DNA of 64,000 bases from Anolis carolinensis. Taxonomy: Eukaryota. The position numbers and the translations under genes were made by a program. Under the pieces are notes generated by a model that was given only the letters and a program-made list of their open reading frames with translations, was not told the origin of the DNA and did not search any database. The DNA lies in assembly GCF_035594765.1 (NCBI RefSeq), contig NC_085842.1:314325749-314389748 (forward strand), read 5' to 3'. Positions 25,564-39,463 of this stretch are shown in pieces (the stretch's first letter is position 1; each line of letters begins with the position of its first letter).

Positions 25564-26447
25564 CAGGATGAGTGTCTCTTATCCAGAGTTCTGGAATCTC
25601 AAATACTTCAAAATTGTCTGCATGAGTGGCTGAGATAGTGGCACCTTTGCTTTCTGATGGTTCAATGTACACAAGTCATGCACAAAATTATTAGAAATAC
25701 TGTGCATACAATTACTTTCAGTCTCTGTGTATAAGGTGTACACGGAACATGAATTAATTTTGTATTTAGATGTGGGTTCCATCTCCAAAATAGCTCATCT
25801 ATATATATAAATAATGTAATGTACGTTTGTAGGACTGATTAAACAACAAAACCACTGAACCAAATCACACCAAATTTGGCCACAATACACCAACACATCC
25901 TTCACTCAACCCCCCCCCCCCCAAAAAAAAAAACAAAAAAAAAAAAGGATTGGCCTAGGTATAACACAGCCAGGCATTCAAGCTGCCTGAATTCAAGCAA
26001 TTTAACCAGACCAACAAATGATTAACCTTGGTAGAAGGTGGCCAGGCTTTGAAGCAGTGATACTACTCTGTACTACTGAAGCTGGCCAACTAAAGATTCC
26101 CCTAGGTAGCAAGCAGCCAGGTTTTGAATCAGCGAGGCTATTCATTGCAACTCTATCAGTCCAGAAAACCATTTCCCCAGAACACAAGTTCCCAGCCTTC
26201 CAAGCAGCAAGCCTATTCCATTGCATTCTAAATCACCAAACAAGGATTCCCATAAGAAGAAAGCGGCCAGACTTTGAGGCTGCTAGGCTATTCACTGCTA
26301 TTCCACCTGGCCAACAAAGGATTCCCATACGCCACAGCAATGCATGGCCGGGCACAGCTAGTTATGTATATGCAAATAATACAAAATCTGAAAACAAGCC
26401 AAAACACTTCTGGTCCCAGGAATTTTGGATAAGGGATGCTCACCCTG
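25564..26447. mobile_element. Tc1/mariner MITE interrupted by a Helitron; related pieces near 22670 and 34727
   Basis: TA-flanked imperfect TIRs caggatgagtgtctcttatcc / ggataagggatgctcaccctg. Confidence 0.75.
25798..26361 (+). mobile_element. Non-autonomous Helitron
   Basis: 5' TC, subterminal hairpin gcca..tggc, 3' CTAG; inserted between A25797 and T26362 with no TSD. Confidence 0.85.
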
Positions 26448-27981
26448 TAGAACTCTTTTCAAGAACTTACATGGGTGTGAAACAGCAACAGATGGGAGCC
26501 ATTATTTTATATTTAAACTAGAGGATGTATTCAACACTCATACCAATCCATGTTCTTTCCCTCTGCAACACAGGTATTCTTGAACTCCTTTATGATGATG
26601 CACTAGTGACCTTCCAGATGTTGCTGGATTTGAAATACCATCACTCCCTTTCAGCCTGGTCAATGGTAAAGAATGATGGGAGTAGGAGTTCATCAACGTC
26701 TCAGGAAGCGACATATTTTTCAGCAAGCACCCAGTTTTTCCAGAGTGGCTGTTTATTTCTTCGCAGGCTTTCATGGTGCCTCCCTAACCCCTTTTTCAAC
26801 AGCTTGAAAACTTGTGTGGCAGGTAGCTGCTCTCAAGGGATTTTGCTACTCAGTATTTTAAGACAGAATCTGCTTTTTCAGCAAGAAAAAGTGACAAACT
26901 CTGGGAAATGAATTCTGACTTTTAGCAAGCCTTGACATCAATCTTGGGAATATATTCCCTGACATTGAGATAAAGCTTCCTTCTTTGTCTCTTTCTTCAA
27001 GGCAGGACGTTTCTGGACAATTATCGGCTGAGAAGAGGAGAAATAGTGGGAACAGTTACTCATCTGCACTGGCAGACCCATGATCAAGTACTGCCAGTCT
27101 GAGACTGAGCCTGCAAATCAGAATTGATATTGAACTAAAAATCACTGCAGAACTTCAAGTGCATTTGCTCAAGATGCTCCCAATTGCAAATACCCAGGAA
27201 CAGACCCCTCCAGCTTGCAGTGGCAACCAGAGAAAAGCCAGGTATTGTAGAAGCACAAGCACAATTTGACAGTCTACCTTCAAATAAAGCAAATAGTCTA
27301 TTTCCCCCTGTATAATTTCCCTACTTTCTCTATGTATTTTCCCTATTTCCCCCTGTGTATTACCCCTACTTTCCCCCTATGTATTTGTCCTACTTTTCCG
27401 GTGTATTCCTACTATGTATTTCCCTTTTTTCCACTATGCGTTTTCCCCTATTTATTTTCCCTAGTTAGGGTAAAAAAAAGACTGTTAAAAGAAATTTTAA
27501 TCTCTTACTATGTGAAATGGATATAATGTCCACACAGACAGAAAAAAAACTGCTTTAACCTGCATTTTCCTGGTTAACACACACACGTATCCATATTACA
27601 TCGAAGTGAGACTGTTATTATCAACCACATGTTTCTCCTACGTGAGTTCACTTTAGTGTTAAAGTGCAGTCCAGTGATGTTCAAATGTGCTATACTTTGC
27701 ATTATTCCTGGCTGCATGGCTGTGGCCATTCCATTTTTCTCTTCCCATATATGTTAATACATAAATGTCCGCATTTTGTACACATGCCTCAACAAGGCAT
27801 TGGCCATCCCATTCAGTAAAGTGTCTGGAATTTAAATGCTGATTGACAGAGTTGCACTAATACGATTCACACAAAAACATCTCCAAAAAATTGCATGCCA
27901 GCAAAAAAGAAACAAATGGCATCTCATCGTGGGACCGATCAGGAGATTCTGATCTACCTGTTCTGTATCTATCTCCCGATG

Positions 27982-28465
27982 TATTATTTATTTATTATTT
28001 ATTTACAGTATTTATATTCCGCCCTTCTCACCCTGAAGGGGACTCAGGCCGGATCACATTATATACATATAAGGCAAACATTCAATGCCATATACACATA
28101 GAACAAAGACAGAGACAGATGCAGAGGCAATTTAACCTTCTCCTGAGGGGATGTTCGATTCCGGCCACAGCGGGAGCAGCTGCTTCATCATCCACTCTGA
28201 CGGCACTTCCTCATTCTAACGGCGGCTGGATGATTTTTATGGAGTCGTAAATTAGTTAAATTACCCTCTCCACTTTATAAGTGGTACCTTAATTTCCTAC
28301 TTGATAGATGCAACTATCTTTTGGGTTGCTAGGTCAGCAATGAGCAGGGGCTATTTTTTATTTTTTAATTGTCGGGTGCTCACCCCACCACAGGCTGGCC
28401 TCGAACTCAAGACCTCTTGGTCAGTGATTTATTGCAGCTGGCTGCTCACCAGCCTGCACCACAGC
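27982..28465 (-). mobile_element. Anolis SINE2
   Basis: Homologous to the other SINE2 copies. Confidence 0.9.
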
Positions 28466-28469
28466 TATC

Positions 28470-28780
28470 TCTCCCAGTTGTGTAACATCTACAAATTTGA
28501 TGAGGATTTGCTTCATCCCCTCATCTAAATCACTGTTCTTTTTTTAAAGAGTGTTGGCCTCAGGACCCAACCATGTGGCCCTTCATTTGAGATCTTCCAG
28601 TTTGAAGCACAGCCACTGATGACAACTCCTTGCATTTGTTTTCCATCAATCAATCTGATGGTCTTTTCTTCTATTCCATATGTATCCAGTTTGCTAATCA
28701 AAATATCATCAGGTACCATATCAAATGTTTTGTTGTAACCCAGAAAAACACACAGCATTCCCACCATCTACTAAACTAGG
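28470..28780 (-). mobile_element. Old CR1 RT-region fragment
   Basis: Minus ORF has KTFDMVPDDILISKL...VVISG..SNWK...GPHGWVL, a degenerate CR1 RT. Confidence 0.65.
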
Positions 28781-30302
28781 TCCCATTCTAATAGTGATCA
28801 GAGCACAGGGAAATGATTTCTCTGTACAATTTGGAGTTGGGATCGAGCCAGGAGAGGCTACTCAGTTAAGTAATCTTAGATAAGATTAGAATCCATGAGT
28901 TCAATATCCACAGTTTCACTTACCCACACTCAAAACATATCCCACCCCCCAATTCGAAAGTGTTTATGGGGATCTTTAGTTTCTCTGGTGCAATTGTATG
29001 TTATGCTTCCAGTCCAATCATAGTCAAAATTTAGGGTTTGCTACTATCTGTGAGTTCAGATATCTCACAAGGGATTTTGAAACATATCCCCCGTAGATAT
29101 AAAAAGCATAGTATACTGGCTATTTCTAGCAAGTAAATGACAGATATTTTATTCATCTGTGTTGATTCCTTTCACACCCAACAACCCAGACCAAGTTGGT
29201 TTTGAGAGACCTCATGTACTTCAACTCGCCCAAAGGATTAGGTTAAGAGTCTGCTTAGGGAATCCGCTATGTGTAGTGTTCTGTTTTAGAAAACCAAACA
29301 CACACTTTAGCTTAAGAAAGATCTCAGCAAATTGGATTGAGTCCAGGGCAGGATATAACCAGGGATCATGAAGCCTAAGGAACTGGTTTATTAGGAGGGC
29401 TGAGAAGAGCTGAAATATGTATCTCGCCATTCAAAGAGACAATTAGGGAGGAAAGAGATGAGACCAGTCAACAAGTATTTTTGAAAGGTGCTAACAATGC
29501 AGAGAATGAGGAATTATTTAATGTGATAGATGAGAGCATGGCAGAGCAGCATGATTAAGTTAAGAGAAAGGAAATTTATGCTGAGAACCAGGGAAAACCT
29601 TTTGACAGCAAGATGTATCTAATATGCAATTGGAAAAAAAGCAAAAAGGAGCTGCAGAGAAATTGAAAAAAATAGGCTGATGCTCTCAGACGGGCAACCT
29701 GACACTAGACATGCTTATTTGAAAGCAGGTTCACTTAAAATCAGCAAGACATGTCCAGAATGAAAGCAACTGAGTTGAGATTCAGACCCAGCTATGTCTA
29801 AATAGGATATGAGGTGGTCAACTTGTGTCCGAAATGTAGCTTGTCAGATGGCAGATGACCCATCAAAAACCATGTTGGTAGAGTGATGAATCCTCCTCAG
29901 CACTGCACATGTTGATGTGCGGGGACGTGCAGTGCACACTTTGTTGTACAAATGCTACACTTGACCAGTGCCATGTAACTTAGAGAATGTAAAGCTATGC
30001 GCTATCTATGCAGTGTACCATTTTCAATGTGTGTGTGAGATCTTCAACCTGTTGTATCCTTCAAGGGGGACCTTCTTCTGAAATCTTTCTTCCAGGAAAG
30101 CTGAAGACAGAGTCAACTTTTGGAATGTTTCATGATGAGGAACTGAACAACAAGGTAAACAATATTGTGACTGAGAAAAAAAGGTATATTGGGAAGGGTG
30201 AGCTTTTTCATATACACATTCAGCCAATGCTCTTCACATGAGAATTAGTGGTTTACTCTTAGACTACAGGTATCATATCTAAGTCAATGGGGGATTTGAT
30301 CT

Positions 30303-30582
30303 GCCCCCAATGGCACAGTGGGTTAAACCCTTGTGCCGGCAGACTTGAAGGTTGGGTTGCTGACCTGAAGGCTGCTGGTTCGAATCCCACCTGGGAAGAG
30401 CGCGGATGAGCTCCCTCTATCAGCTCCAGCTCCATGCGGGGACATGAGAGAAGCCTCCCACAAGGATTGTAAAACATCAAAAACATCTTGGCATCCCATG
30501 GGTAATGTCCTTGCAGACGACCAATTCTTGCACACCAGAAGCGACTTGCAGTTTCTCAAGTCGCTCCTAACATGAAAAAAAC
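30303..30582 (+). mobile_element. tRNA-derived SINE with A-tail
   Basis: B-box ggttcgaatcc and A-tail; same family as 13598. Confidence 0.8.
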
Positions 30583-30789
30583 CCATTATGTTGATGGAAG
30601 TAATGGGAGTTGCAGGTTTCCATATGAGGAGCATAGTGCATCTTCCTGTTTTCTCAGGGCACTACCAAAGGTACTGAAAATATTTTGAGTGTAGTTGAAC
30701 ACTAAAACACAGAGTAGATTCACTAATCCACTCAAATAAAAGTCCCTAATCACTATAGGGTTTCAGTGGGTAAATACTAAGAGTGACTT

Positions 30790-32205
30790 CATCATTGTGC
30801 AGCAGAAAAAAAAGTCAATGTGATTCTAGGGAGCAGCAATAGTAGCATATAGATCTAGGGAAATAATAGTACGCTCTATTTTGCTTTGGTCAAACTTCAC
30901 CTGAACTATTGTGTCATAATTCAAGACGGATATTGACAAGCTGGAACATGTCCAGAGAAGCCAGTCAATGATCAAAGGTCTGGAAGCCAAACACTATGAA
31001 AAGTGGCTTAGTGATCTGGCCATGGCTGGCTTGAAGAAGATTAAAAGGAGATGTCATAATCATATTTAATTATTTGAAGATGTCATACTGAAGATGGAAC
31101 TGGCTTGTTTTCTGCTGTTGTAGAGTCTAGGATACAGAGCAATGGATTCAAACTGCAGAAAAAGAGATTCCACTTGAACATTAGGAAAAGCTTTCTGATG
31201 GCAAAAGCTGTTCAATAGTGGAATATATGGAATATGCTGCTTCAAAATGTTGTGATTTCAGCTACTGCAAGAACTGCAGGTTTGGAGGTCTGGCATGTCT
31301 TACTTCCCTGAAGGCCAAATGAGACACAGATGGGTAGAAAGCAAAATCAGAGATTTATTCTCAATGGCCAGATAGGATGTCAGCCGAGAAAGCACTCCAA
31401 TTGCAAATACAGAGCACATTTATGTCATTTGGCAGCTATCCAAAATACCTATGCCATCTCCTGATTGGCTCAGAAACTGTTTAGTAATGATTTGCTTCAT
31501 AATGGGTCTGGGATTCCCTTGGATGTCATTGCTGGTTGGTTCCCTACAATGGTGGGGAATTTAAACTATAATTGGATTATTTTGGACAGTCTGTCCATTT
31601 ATTGATCTGACCCCAAAAGGGATGCAATCAGAAAGGAATGAGATATGGCACTTTTGATGGGCTAAATGTTTGGGTTCCAGTGGAAACAATGGTGTTAGGC
31701 CAGATATACTATGGGTGCTTTAGGGTGATGATCATCTCAGTGAGTGTCATAAAGGATGGATCTGTCTTGCAGCATAGAAAGGGAAATGTTTCCAGATTAT
31801 ATCAGGTGAAAACAGAAAAAAGTACCCCAGGCTCTGATACAAGTTCCCACATCTCCCGGTTCATTGTGAAGAGATTATAATAATTTGAGGGAATGTTTCC
31901 TTGCGTCTGGAGTATGCTGAGCCACATTCCAAAACAATTCATGAAGGTTTACTACAGGACAAGGACATGCACACTTGCTGTATGTCTCAATGGAGCCATG
32001 TCTAGAAATTCATATAGTTAATAATTTGGGATCCAATTTTTCAATAACAAGAATGTGGTAGAGTTGCCTTCTTTGGAGTTGCCTTCTCTGGAGTTGCCTT
32101 CTCTGGATGACCATTTGTCAGGGGTATTTCATGCACTCCTAAATGGCAGAAGGAAGTTGGACTGGATGGCCCCATGGAGCTTTTCCAACTCTATGATTCC
32201 ATGAT
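30790..32205 (+). mobile_element. CR1 3' region split by a solo LTR
   Basis: CR1 sequence up to 31247 resumes at 32050 and ends ctatgattccatgatt. Confidence 0.75.
31248..32049 (-). mobile_element. Solo LTR (ERV- or Gypsy-like), about 800 bp
   Basis: TG...CA termini (tgttgtga / tcaataaca); imperfect ~4-bp TSD aaaa/agaa; CCAAT, TATA-like and AATAAA in correct order on the minus strand; interrupts a CR1. Confidence 0.65.
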
Positions 32206-32780
32206 TAATTCTACCCCAAATACTGAGGTGGAGAAAGGTGAATCAACACATCCTTGACTTGGCTTTGCCAGTTTTTTCTATCTCTGACTGAAATTTCACT
32301 CTTTTCCCCACTTGCTTTCTTCTTCCTGCAAGTTTATTTTGCCATTTTGCTTTCCTTCACAGACAAATAAGGAGTTATTTGTTTGTTGGTATATTTTCCT
32401 GCCACCCCCAAAGGCTATTACACTTGGTGGGTGGATGAATTATTTTCACTTAGATTTGTTTTTGGGGAGGTGGAAAGGGAGTAAAGTCATTATTATTTTT
32501 GGCTTTCAGGGGGTGATATTTGTTATTATTGTTCTTTTAATTATTCCTCCTGGTGTGTTTTCAGCTTCCATTTACAATATATGTGTGTTCTCCGATCCCT
32601 TGCTCCTTAGAAAACTGAATATAAGCATTTACAGCTTAAACTGATTCCCCAAACATTATTATGACTGTATATTATTTTGTGTGTGTATACAGTATCAGTG
32701 GGTATGAAGTGCATATCAAATTTGGACTCATAAAAATGTTGTTGTGTGCAAATTATAACCACAATAGCATTTTCGATATA

Positions 32781-33085
32781 CAGTACAGTCTCACTTATCC
32801 AACATAAACGGGCCGGCAGAAAGTTGGATAAACGAATATGTTGGATAACAAGGAGGGATTAAGGAAAAGCCTATTAAACATCAAATTAGGTTATGATTTT
32901 ACAAATTAAGCACCAAAACATCATGTTATACAAGTTTGACAGAAAAAGTAGTTCAATATGCAGTAATGCTATGTAGAAATTACTGTATTTACGAATTTAG
33001 CACCAAAATATCACGATGTATTGAAAAAATTGACTCCAAAAATGTGTTGGATAATCCAGAATGTTGGATAAGTGAGACTCTACTG
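32781..33085. mobile_element. Tc1/mariner MITE
   Basis: Same family as 12486-12808; TA flanks. Confidence 0.9.
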
Positions 33086-36079
33086 TACCTACAAGACCTA
33101 CACTCTATACTCATTTATTTTTTTGAATCTACCAATGTGCATTCTCAGAACTATCCTTTGATCCAGTTTTAATGATTCTTCAAATCATATAGTTTCTTGT
33201 GAACACACTTACAAGCATGTAGTGTTGTTTTCATTGTTGCTTTTCTCATTACATTCAGTGATGTATGGGGATTATGATATGCAAGTAACAATAATGCCCA
33301 AAAACACCACACTGGGTAACACCAACCTTAGTAATGCTGCTGCCTCTGTTACCACATTTTCTGATCAAAGAAATAATGCTCAGGAACACACCTGCTTTGT
33401 TAATGGAGGTATACTTGTTCATGCCTCTGTTCCCATCTTGACCAGACTTTTCTTGGCTGCCTTAATCGCTATTAATCACCATTATGCATAATGGCCTATT
33501 ATTCACATCAGCAAGCCATCTCTTGACACTGCAATCATCTATTGATGAGTGTCCACATGGGACTCTTAGAGTTGGTCCAATAAAATAAGCCACTGAACCA
33601 TTCAGGGCTTTATCCATCTTCCTCGCATCTACTAAAACAGCGTTTACAGAGAGCTAGCAGGAATGTCATAAAAAGCAATTGCAGTAAAGGGCACCGAAGA
33701 AGATCAGCTCATTTTGTATTCTAGTCAAAGGAGCAGAATCACTGGGCTTCTAACAACCTACACTTTGAGAAAAGCTTTCACTTCTTGAGTAAAAAAAGAA
33801 GATTTTTCCCCCCTGCAGAACAAATAATAGCTCTTTCTCAGCAGCTGTGAGGGCTCTTTAGGGCTTTTCAAGACCAGACAGCTGCGAAGATTGAAGTGGA
33901 AAGGGACTTCCAAGATGTATCAAAACTTTATTTGGAGAGGAAGGGAACATATTCCAGTACATTCCCATTATCTGTTGTGCGGGTGCCAAAACTGAAGTCA
34001 CCAAGAAAGCAAAGGCTTCAATTTATGATCAAGTGTGGGAAGGTCTTAGGACGGGAGCCAAATAAAAAGGCAAAAAGGACATCCGTTTTCGGCAGATCCC
34101 ATTTCCTGCTGATTTGGTCATTTTCTCCCATTCTCCTGAGACTAGGAGAAACAGAAATTGTTTAAAGCTGGAATGGGAAACATCTGGCCTCCTAGTTGTT
34201 TCTGGAGTCCCATCAACTCTAGACAACATGGCCAAGGATGAGGGATGATGGGAGTTGAAGTCGAGCAATGTTTCAATACATTCAGCTGCAGCAGTAAAGA
34301 CTGTTCTGCTAAGAGTTTGTACTTACTTCCATAGTATTTTTGGTGAAAGTTCCAGGTTCGATTCTTTGGTGGATGATGGGATGAGAAACAGCTCTCCTTA
34401 GGCCTCTAGAAAGACTTTTTAGAGTAGGCTGTAAAAGAACAAATCAACAAATGTCCAAAATTGCGATGAGGCATCTTCCTATTTTCTTAACCGGTATATG
34501 TTAAGAGCCTCGGGTGAAGGAAGAGGAAGAATCCATCATAAATGGATTAGCTAAATGACAGAAAGATGTCCGTTGAGTCTCTGTATGGACAACGATCCAG
34601 AAGGAGCACATTATGTTCTAAGTCCTAGTATTAATCCAAATTACAGGAGGCCCATTCAGACTTTATTATATTCCCTCACAAAGAACCTTCTCAGCAAGAA
34701 ACTATAGAGGTGCCTCTTGACATAATACAGGTTGAACATTTATTCTTTGAACTTTCAAAATCCAAAATCCTCTAACAACAAAATTGTTCAAATGGGTGCC
34801 TGGATAGTGACATCTGTGCTTTCCAGTGCTTCATTGTATACAAACTTTATTCCATCCACAAAACTATTAAAGATATTTTGTAAGATTGCCTTCACTCTAT
34901 AGTATATGAAACATAAATTTGGTGTTTAGGATACCATCTCCAAAATCCCATGATGTATATATGTATATGCTGTGTAGTTACAATGGTGACACTACTGCCA
35001 CAACATACTTTGACAGGGATGAACTTCATGGGAAGAAAGGTGGGGTCTAAATAAGGATTATTCTTATTATCACAGCCTGATATTCTATATCAGGTTCTTT
35101 ATTAGTACCAGTCATGATTATTGAACAGTTACAGATGAATACAGTCCCTCAAATAACCTAGACAAACATCACTGACCCATTTTTCTCAAAGAAAGTTCTT
35201 CAACCAACAGTAAACATATTTTATTGGCCTAATGCTTTTTAAATTTTGTGTTGTATGCAAATTATTTAAATTGCAAATAATTTAGGAGTATATAAAATAT
35301 TCCCTAGGTTTTATTCCTAGTCCCAAATAGAGTAGAATCACTGGACCAGTTGCATTTAATTATGGGTTGACTCATTATCCATCAGTAGATTCAGTGGTTC
35401 TGCTTTAGTTGATTGTTATATGACCTGGCCATTGTATTCCCTGAAGAAGAACATTCTCGACTTGAAACTATGGAGGTGTCTTTAGACAATGGATAGGTTT
35501 TGCAAAGTGTCAGTGGTTTGAAAAGTTTCTTTTTTGAATCACAAGTCTCTGAATTCTGCAGACAGCATGTTTTTCTAAGCACTTTCTCAATTTTAAATAG
35601 AATGACAATAAAAAGAGGATGCTTTTTTATTTACTGCCAGGTTCTGCCTGGAGAAGAATGGTTGAAAGTATTGCTGATCGCTATTTCATCCATAAACCAA
35701 GTAACCAAGCACACAGATAACATCACCATTATTGATTTTTCTTATAGTTCAATGGTCACACCTCCTGCTCTGACCTTTTGACCCATACTGAAGATGAAGT
35801 CAACTGAATCAGTACATGGGTTTGTACAATTCAGGTTAATTCAGATTGTATATTATGGCAGAGGGTCTGTGCTGTGAAATGAATCATAAAGTTTTGCTAT
35901 GGTAGAGTTATCATACATCCCTCCTCCCCACTTTCATGCTGTGGGCCCCCCTTCATGCTTCATGCATAGTGGGCTATTGCTGAGAAACATCTGGCCACAT
36001 GGCAACCAAATGTACAACAATGATGACATCTTCCAGGGCCTTCAGAGGACTCCTGGGAAGATTTGGAGGATGCATTGAT

Positions 36080-36385
36080 AGAAGCATAGCATTGGAAGAG
36101 ACCCCCAAATCCATGTGGTCTAACACCATTCTGCCAACGTACTCTTGACAGATGGTCATCCAGCCTCTATTCGAAAAGCTCCAAAGAAGAAGATTCCACC
36201 AGCATGTCTTTAGTGTCTCCCAGTCATCATATTCCATTGTCAAATGGTTTTTTACCATCATTAATATCTTTTCTTGTAGTTTGAATCCATCTGTCCATTT
36301 TTTAGTCTCTGGAGCAACAGAACTCAAGGTGGTTCCACCTTCAAGATGGTATACTTTTCAATACTTAAACATGGCTAATAAAGTA
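36080..36385 (-). mobile_element. CR1 3' fragment
   Basis: CR1 motifs; minus ORF contains DGFKLQE. Confidence 0.65.
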
Positions 36386-37198
36386 TTGTTGTTGTATATC
36401 ACAAGTTTGGACTCCTGCTGTTCCCTGTGTGTGTGTATGGATTGTAATACACACACACAGGGTTAAGACATGGTGTGTGTTAGTGTCCAGCGAGGTCAAA
36501 GGTTGCACCATATTTCGTACATGAACCTTGGAGGGACTTAGTAGGTCCTCAAGGTGGTGACCACAACAATGGGATGAAGGTGTAAGATGGGGACAAGGGA
36601 AGGCATTCACCTTTGGTGACATGCAGCGAGATTGTAGAAATATCCCATATGGGGATAGCACTGATTTACACAGAACCTTATGACTGCTGAGATAAGTAGT
36701 GAAAATAAAGAGCTGAAACCTTACAGGGGATTGGCCCTTTTGTGAGAAAAGTATATAATTCCAACTCTGCAATGATAAGAAATGACACAAAATCAGAAAC
36801 GATTTGAAGGCACTTAATAACCACAGCAACCTATGTGTGTATCACTAACAAAATACCAGTATACAAGATCTCTGACAATACAGTTTCATAAGCTCTTACT
36901 ATGAACATCTAAAGAAGAGTGGGCAACTACTTGAGGTGAAGGAATTGCACTTCTTTATTGGTTCCTGGAGGGTTGCCCTCTATCACTCTCCAATGCTCTA
37001 TTTTGTTATGTTTAACTTAAAAAAAAAAGCTCCTTTCGGTTTAGTTCTTGGCTATAAAATGGACTCATCTGCATCTAAAACTGTCCAGTCGAAAGGGGCA
37101 TGGCAATTTTTTTTGGAGGGAGACAAAACCCAGGAAGCAACAAATGTAATCAGGAGAAAACAGAAGGGACACATTTCAAGGAGCTCAGTGGATGAATA

Positions 37199-37199
37199 G

Positions 37200-37261
<62 letters not shown>

Positions 37262-38967
37262 ACTTTATTTGTACCCCGCTAGCATCTCCCGAAGGACTCG
37301 ATGCGGCTTACAAAGGCCAAGGCCTCAACACACAATATAACAATACAAAACAAAAGGCAAATTCAAACAATTAAAACAGTATAAACAACAAGCAATAAAC
37401 AATACGCTAAAACACAATAAAACTGGGCCGGGCCAGAGTAATGGGTACAAGATTAAAAGTGCTGATGTGACAGGTGATCGATAAGGCTTATAGGGCAAGT
37501 GCAGAGTGCGATATACGATCTTAGTTCTAATAAAGTGCTTATGGGACTTGGTGTTGGAGATTTCCTATTAATCTGGGAAGGCACATTGGAACAGCCAGGT
37601 CTTCAAGTTCTTTCTGAAGACTGCCAATGTAGGGGCCTGTCTGAGATCCTTGGGGAGGGTGTTCCAGAGTCGGGGGGGCCACCACAGAGAAGGCCCTGTC
37701 TCGTGTCCCCACCAACCGCGCTTGCGACGCAGGCGGGATCACGAGCAGGGCCTCTCCAGATGACCGAAGTGAGCGCGTGGGTTCGTAGACAGAGATGCGG
37801 TCACGGAGGTAGGATGGTCCCAAACCGTTCAGGGCTTTGTAGGTAAGCACCTGCACCTTAAATTGGGCTCGGAAAGTAAATGGCAGCCAGTGGAGCTCCT
37901 TGAACAGGAGGGTTGACCTCTCTCTGTAAGGGGCCCCAGTTAACATCCTGGCTGCCGCTCTTTGGACCAGTTGGAACTTCCGAGCCGTTTTCAAGGGCAG
38001 CCCCACGTAGAGCGCATTACAGTAGTCCAGTCTGGAGGTGACCAAGGCATGGACCACCCCGGCCAGATCAGCCTTCGCGAGGTACGGTCACAGTTGGCGC
38101 ACGAGTCTCAATTGTGCGAAGGCCCTCCCAGACACCGCCGACGCCTGAGCCTCGAGCGTAAGCGATGAATCCAAGAGGACTCCCAGACTGCGGACCTGTG
38201 GCTTCAGGGGGAGTGTAACCCCATCCAGCACAGGTTGCCACCCTATACCCCGGTCAGGTTTACGATCGACCAGGAGGACCTCTGTCTTGTCGGGATTGAT
38301 CTTCAGCTTGTTCCTCCTCATCCAGATAGACACAGCGGCCAGGCACTCGTCCAGCACCCGAGAGGCCTCCTTGGAATTAGGTGGAAAGGAGTAGTAGAGT
38401 TGTGCGTCATCTGCATAGAGGTGACACCCAACTCCAAAACTCCGGATGACCTCTCCCAGCGGTTTCATGTAGATGTTAAAGAGCATGGGAGACAGAATAG
38501 AGCCTTGCGGGACCCCACAGCTCAAAGGCCAGGGGTCCGAGCAGGCGTCTCCCAGCTTCACCATCTGGGATCGACCCTCCAGGAAGGATCGGAGCCACGA
38601 CAAAACCGTGCCCCCGAGACCCATCCCAGAGAGTCGTCCCAGAAGGATACCATGATCGATGGTATCGAAAGCCGCTGAGATGTCCAAGAGAACCAACAGG
38701 GTCACACTCCCCCTGTCCAGCTCTCTACGGAGGTCATCCACCAAGGCGACCAAGGCTGTCTCGGTGCCGTGACCAGGCCTGAAACCAGACTGTGACTGAT
38801 CTAGGTAGTTGATGTCATCTAGAAAGCCCTGGAGCTGGGAGGCAACCACCCGCTCCAGCACCTTACCCAAGAAAGGGAGGTTGGAGATTGGTCTGAAATC
38901 GTTCAGCACCGTGGAGTCAAGGGAAACCTTTTTAAGGAGTGGACGAACCACAGCTTGTTTCAGATGG
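37199..38967 (-). mobile_element. Young L2 LINE (3' 1.8 kb; 5' part lost in the gap)
   Basis: RT ORF, L2 C-terminus HALVTSRLDYCNAL, 3' UTR and (TAA)n tail. Confidence 0.95.
37539..38967 (-). pseudogene. L2 ORF2 reverse transcriptase region with one nonsense codon and one frameshift
   Basis: FRPISNLPFLGK, QSGFR, LLDISAAFDTIDH, GVPQGSILSP, YADD; in-frame TGA at 38088-38090 (LVRQL*PYL); frameshift in the G-run near 37672-37678. Confidence 0.9.
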
Positions 38968-39463
38968 NNNNNNNNNNNNNNNNNNNNNNNNNNNNNNNNN
39001 NNNNNNNNNNNNNNNNNNNNNNNNNNNNNNNNNNNNNNNNNNNNNNNNNNNNNNNNNNNNNNNNNNNNNNNNNNNNNNNNNNNNNNNNNNNNNNNNNNNN
39101 NNNNNNNNNNNNNNNNNNNNNNNNNNNNNNNNNNNNNNNNNNNNNNNNNNNNNNNNNNNNNNNNNNNNNNNNNNNNNNNNNNNNNNNNNNNNNNNNNNNN
39201 NNNNNNNNNNNNNNNNNNNNNNNNNNNNNNNNNNNNNNNNNNNNNNNNNNNNNNNNNNNNNNNNNTTTATNNNNNNNNNNNNNNNNNNNNNNNNNNNNNN
39301 NNNNNNNNNNNNNNNNNNNNNNNNNNNNNNNNNNNNNNNNNNNNNNNNNNNNNNNNNNNNNNNNNNNNNNNNNNNNNNNNNNNNNNNNNNNNNNNNNNNN
39401 NNNNNNNNNNNNNNNNNNNNNNNNNNNNNNNNNNNNNNNNNNNNNNNNNNNNNNNNNNNNNNN
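38968..39463. other. Assembly gap (N) with a 5-bp island tttat at 39266-39270
   Basis: Seen directly. Confidence 1.

Noticed and set aside
30096-30154. Plus-strand exon-like segment (KLKTESTFGMFHDEELNNK); similar one near 35641-35700
   Set aside because: Isolated, no recognisable homology and no compatible plus-strand chain; could be chance.
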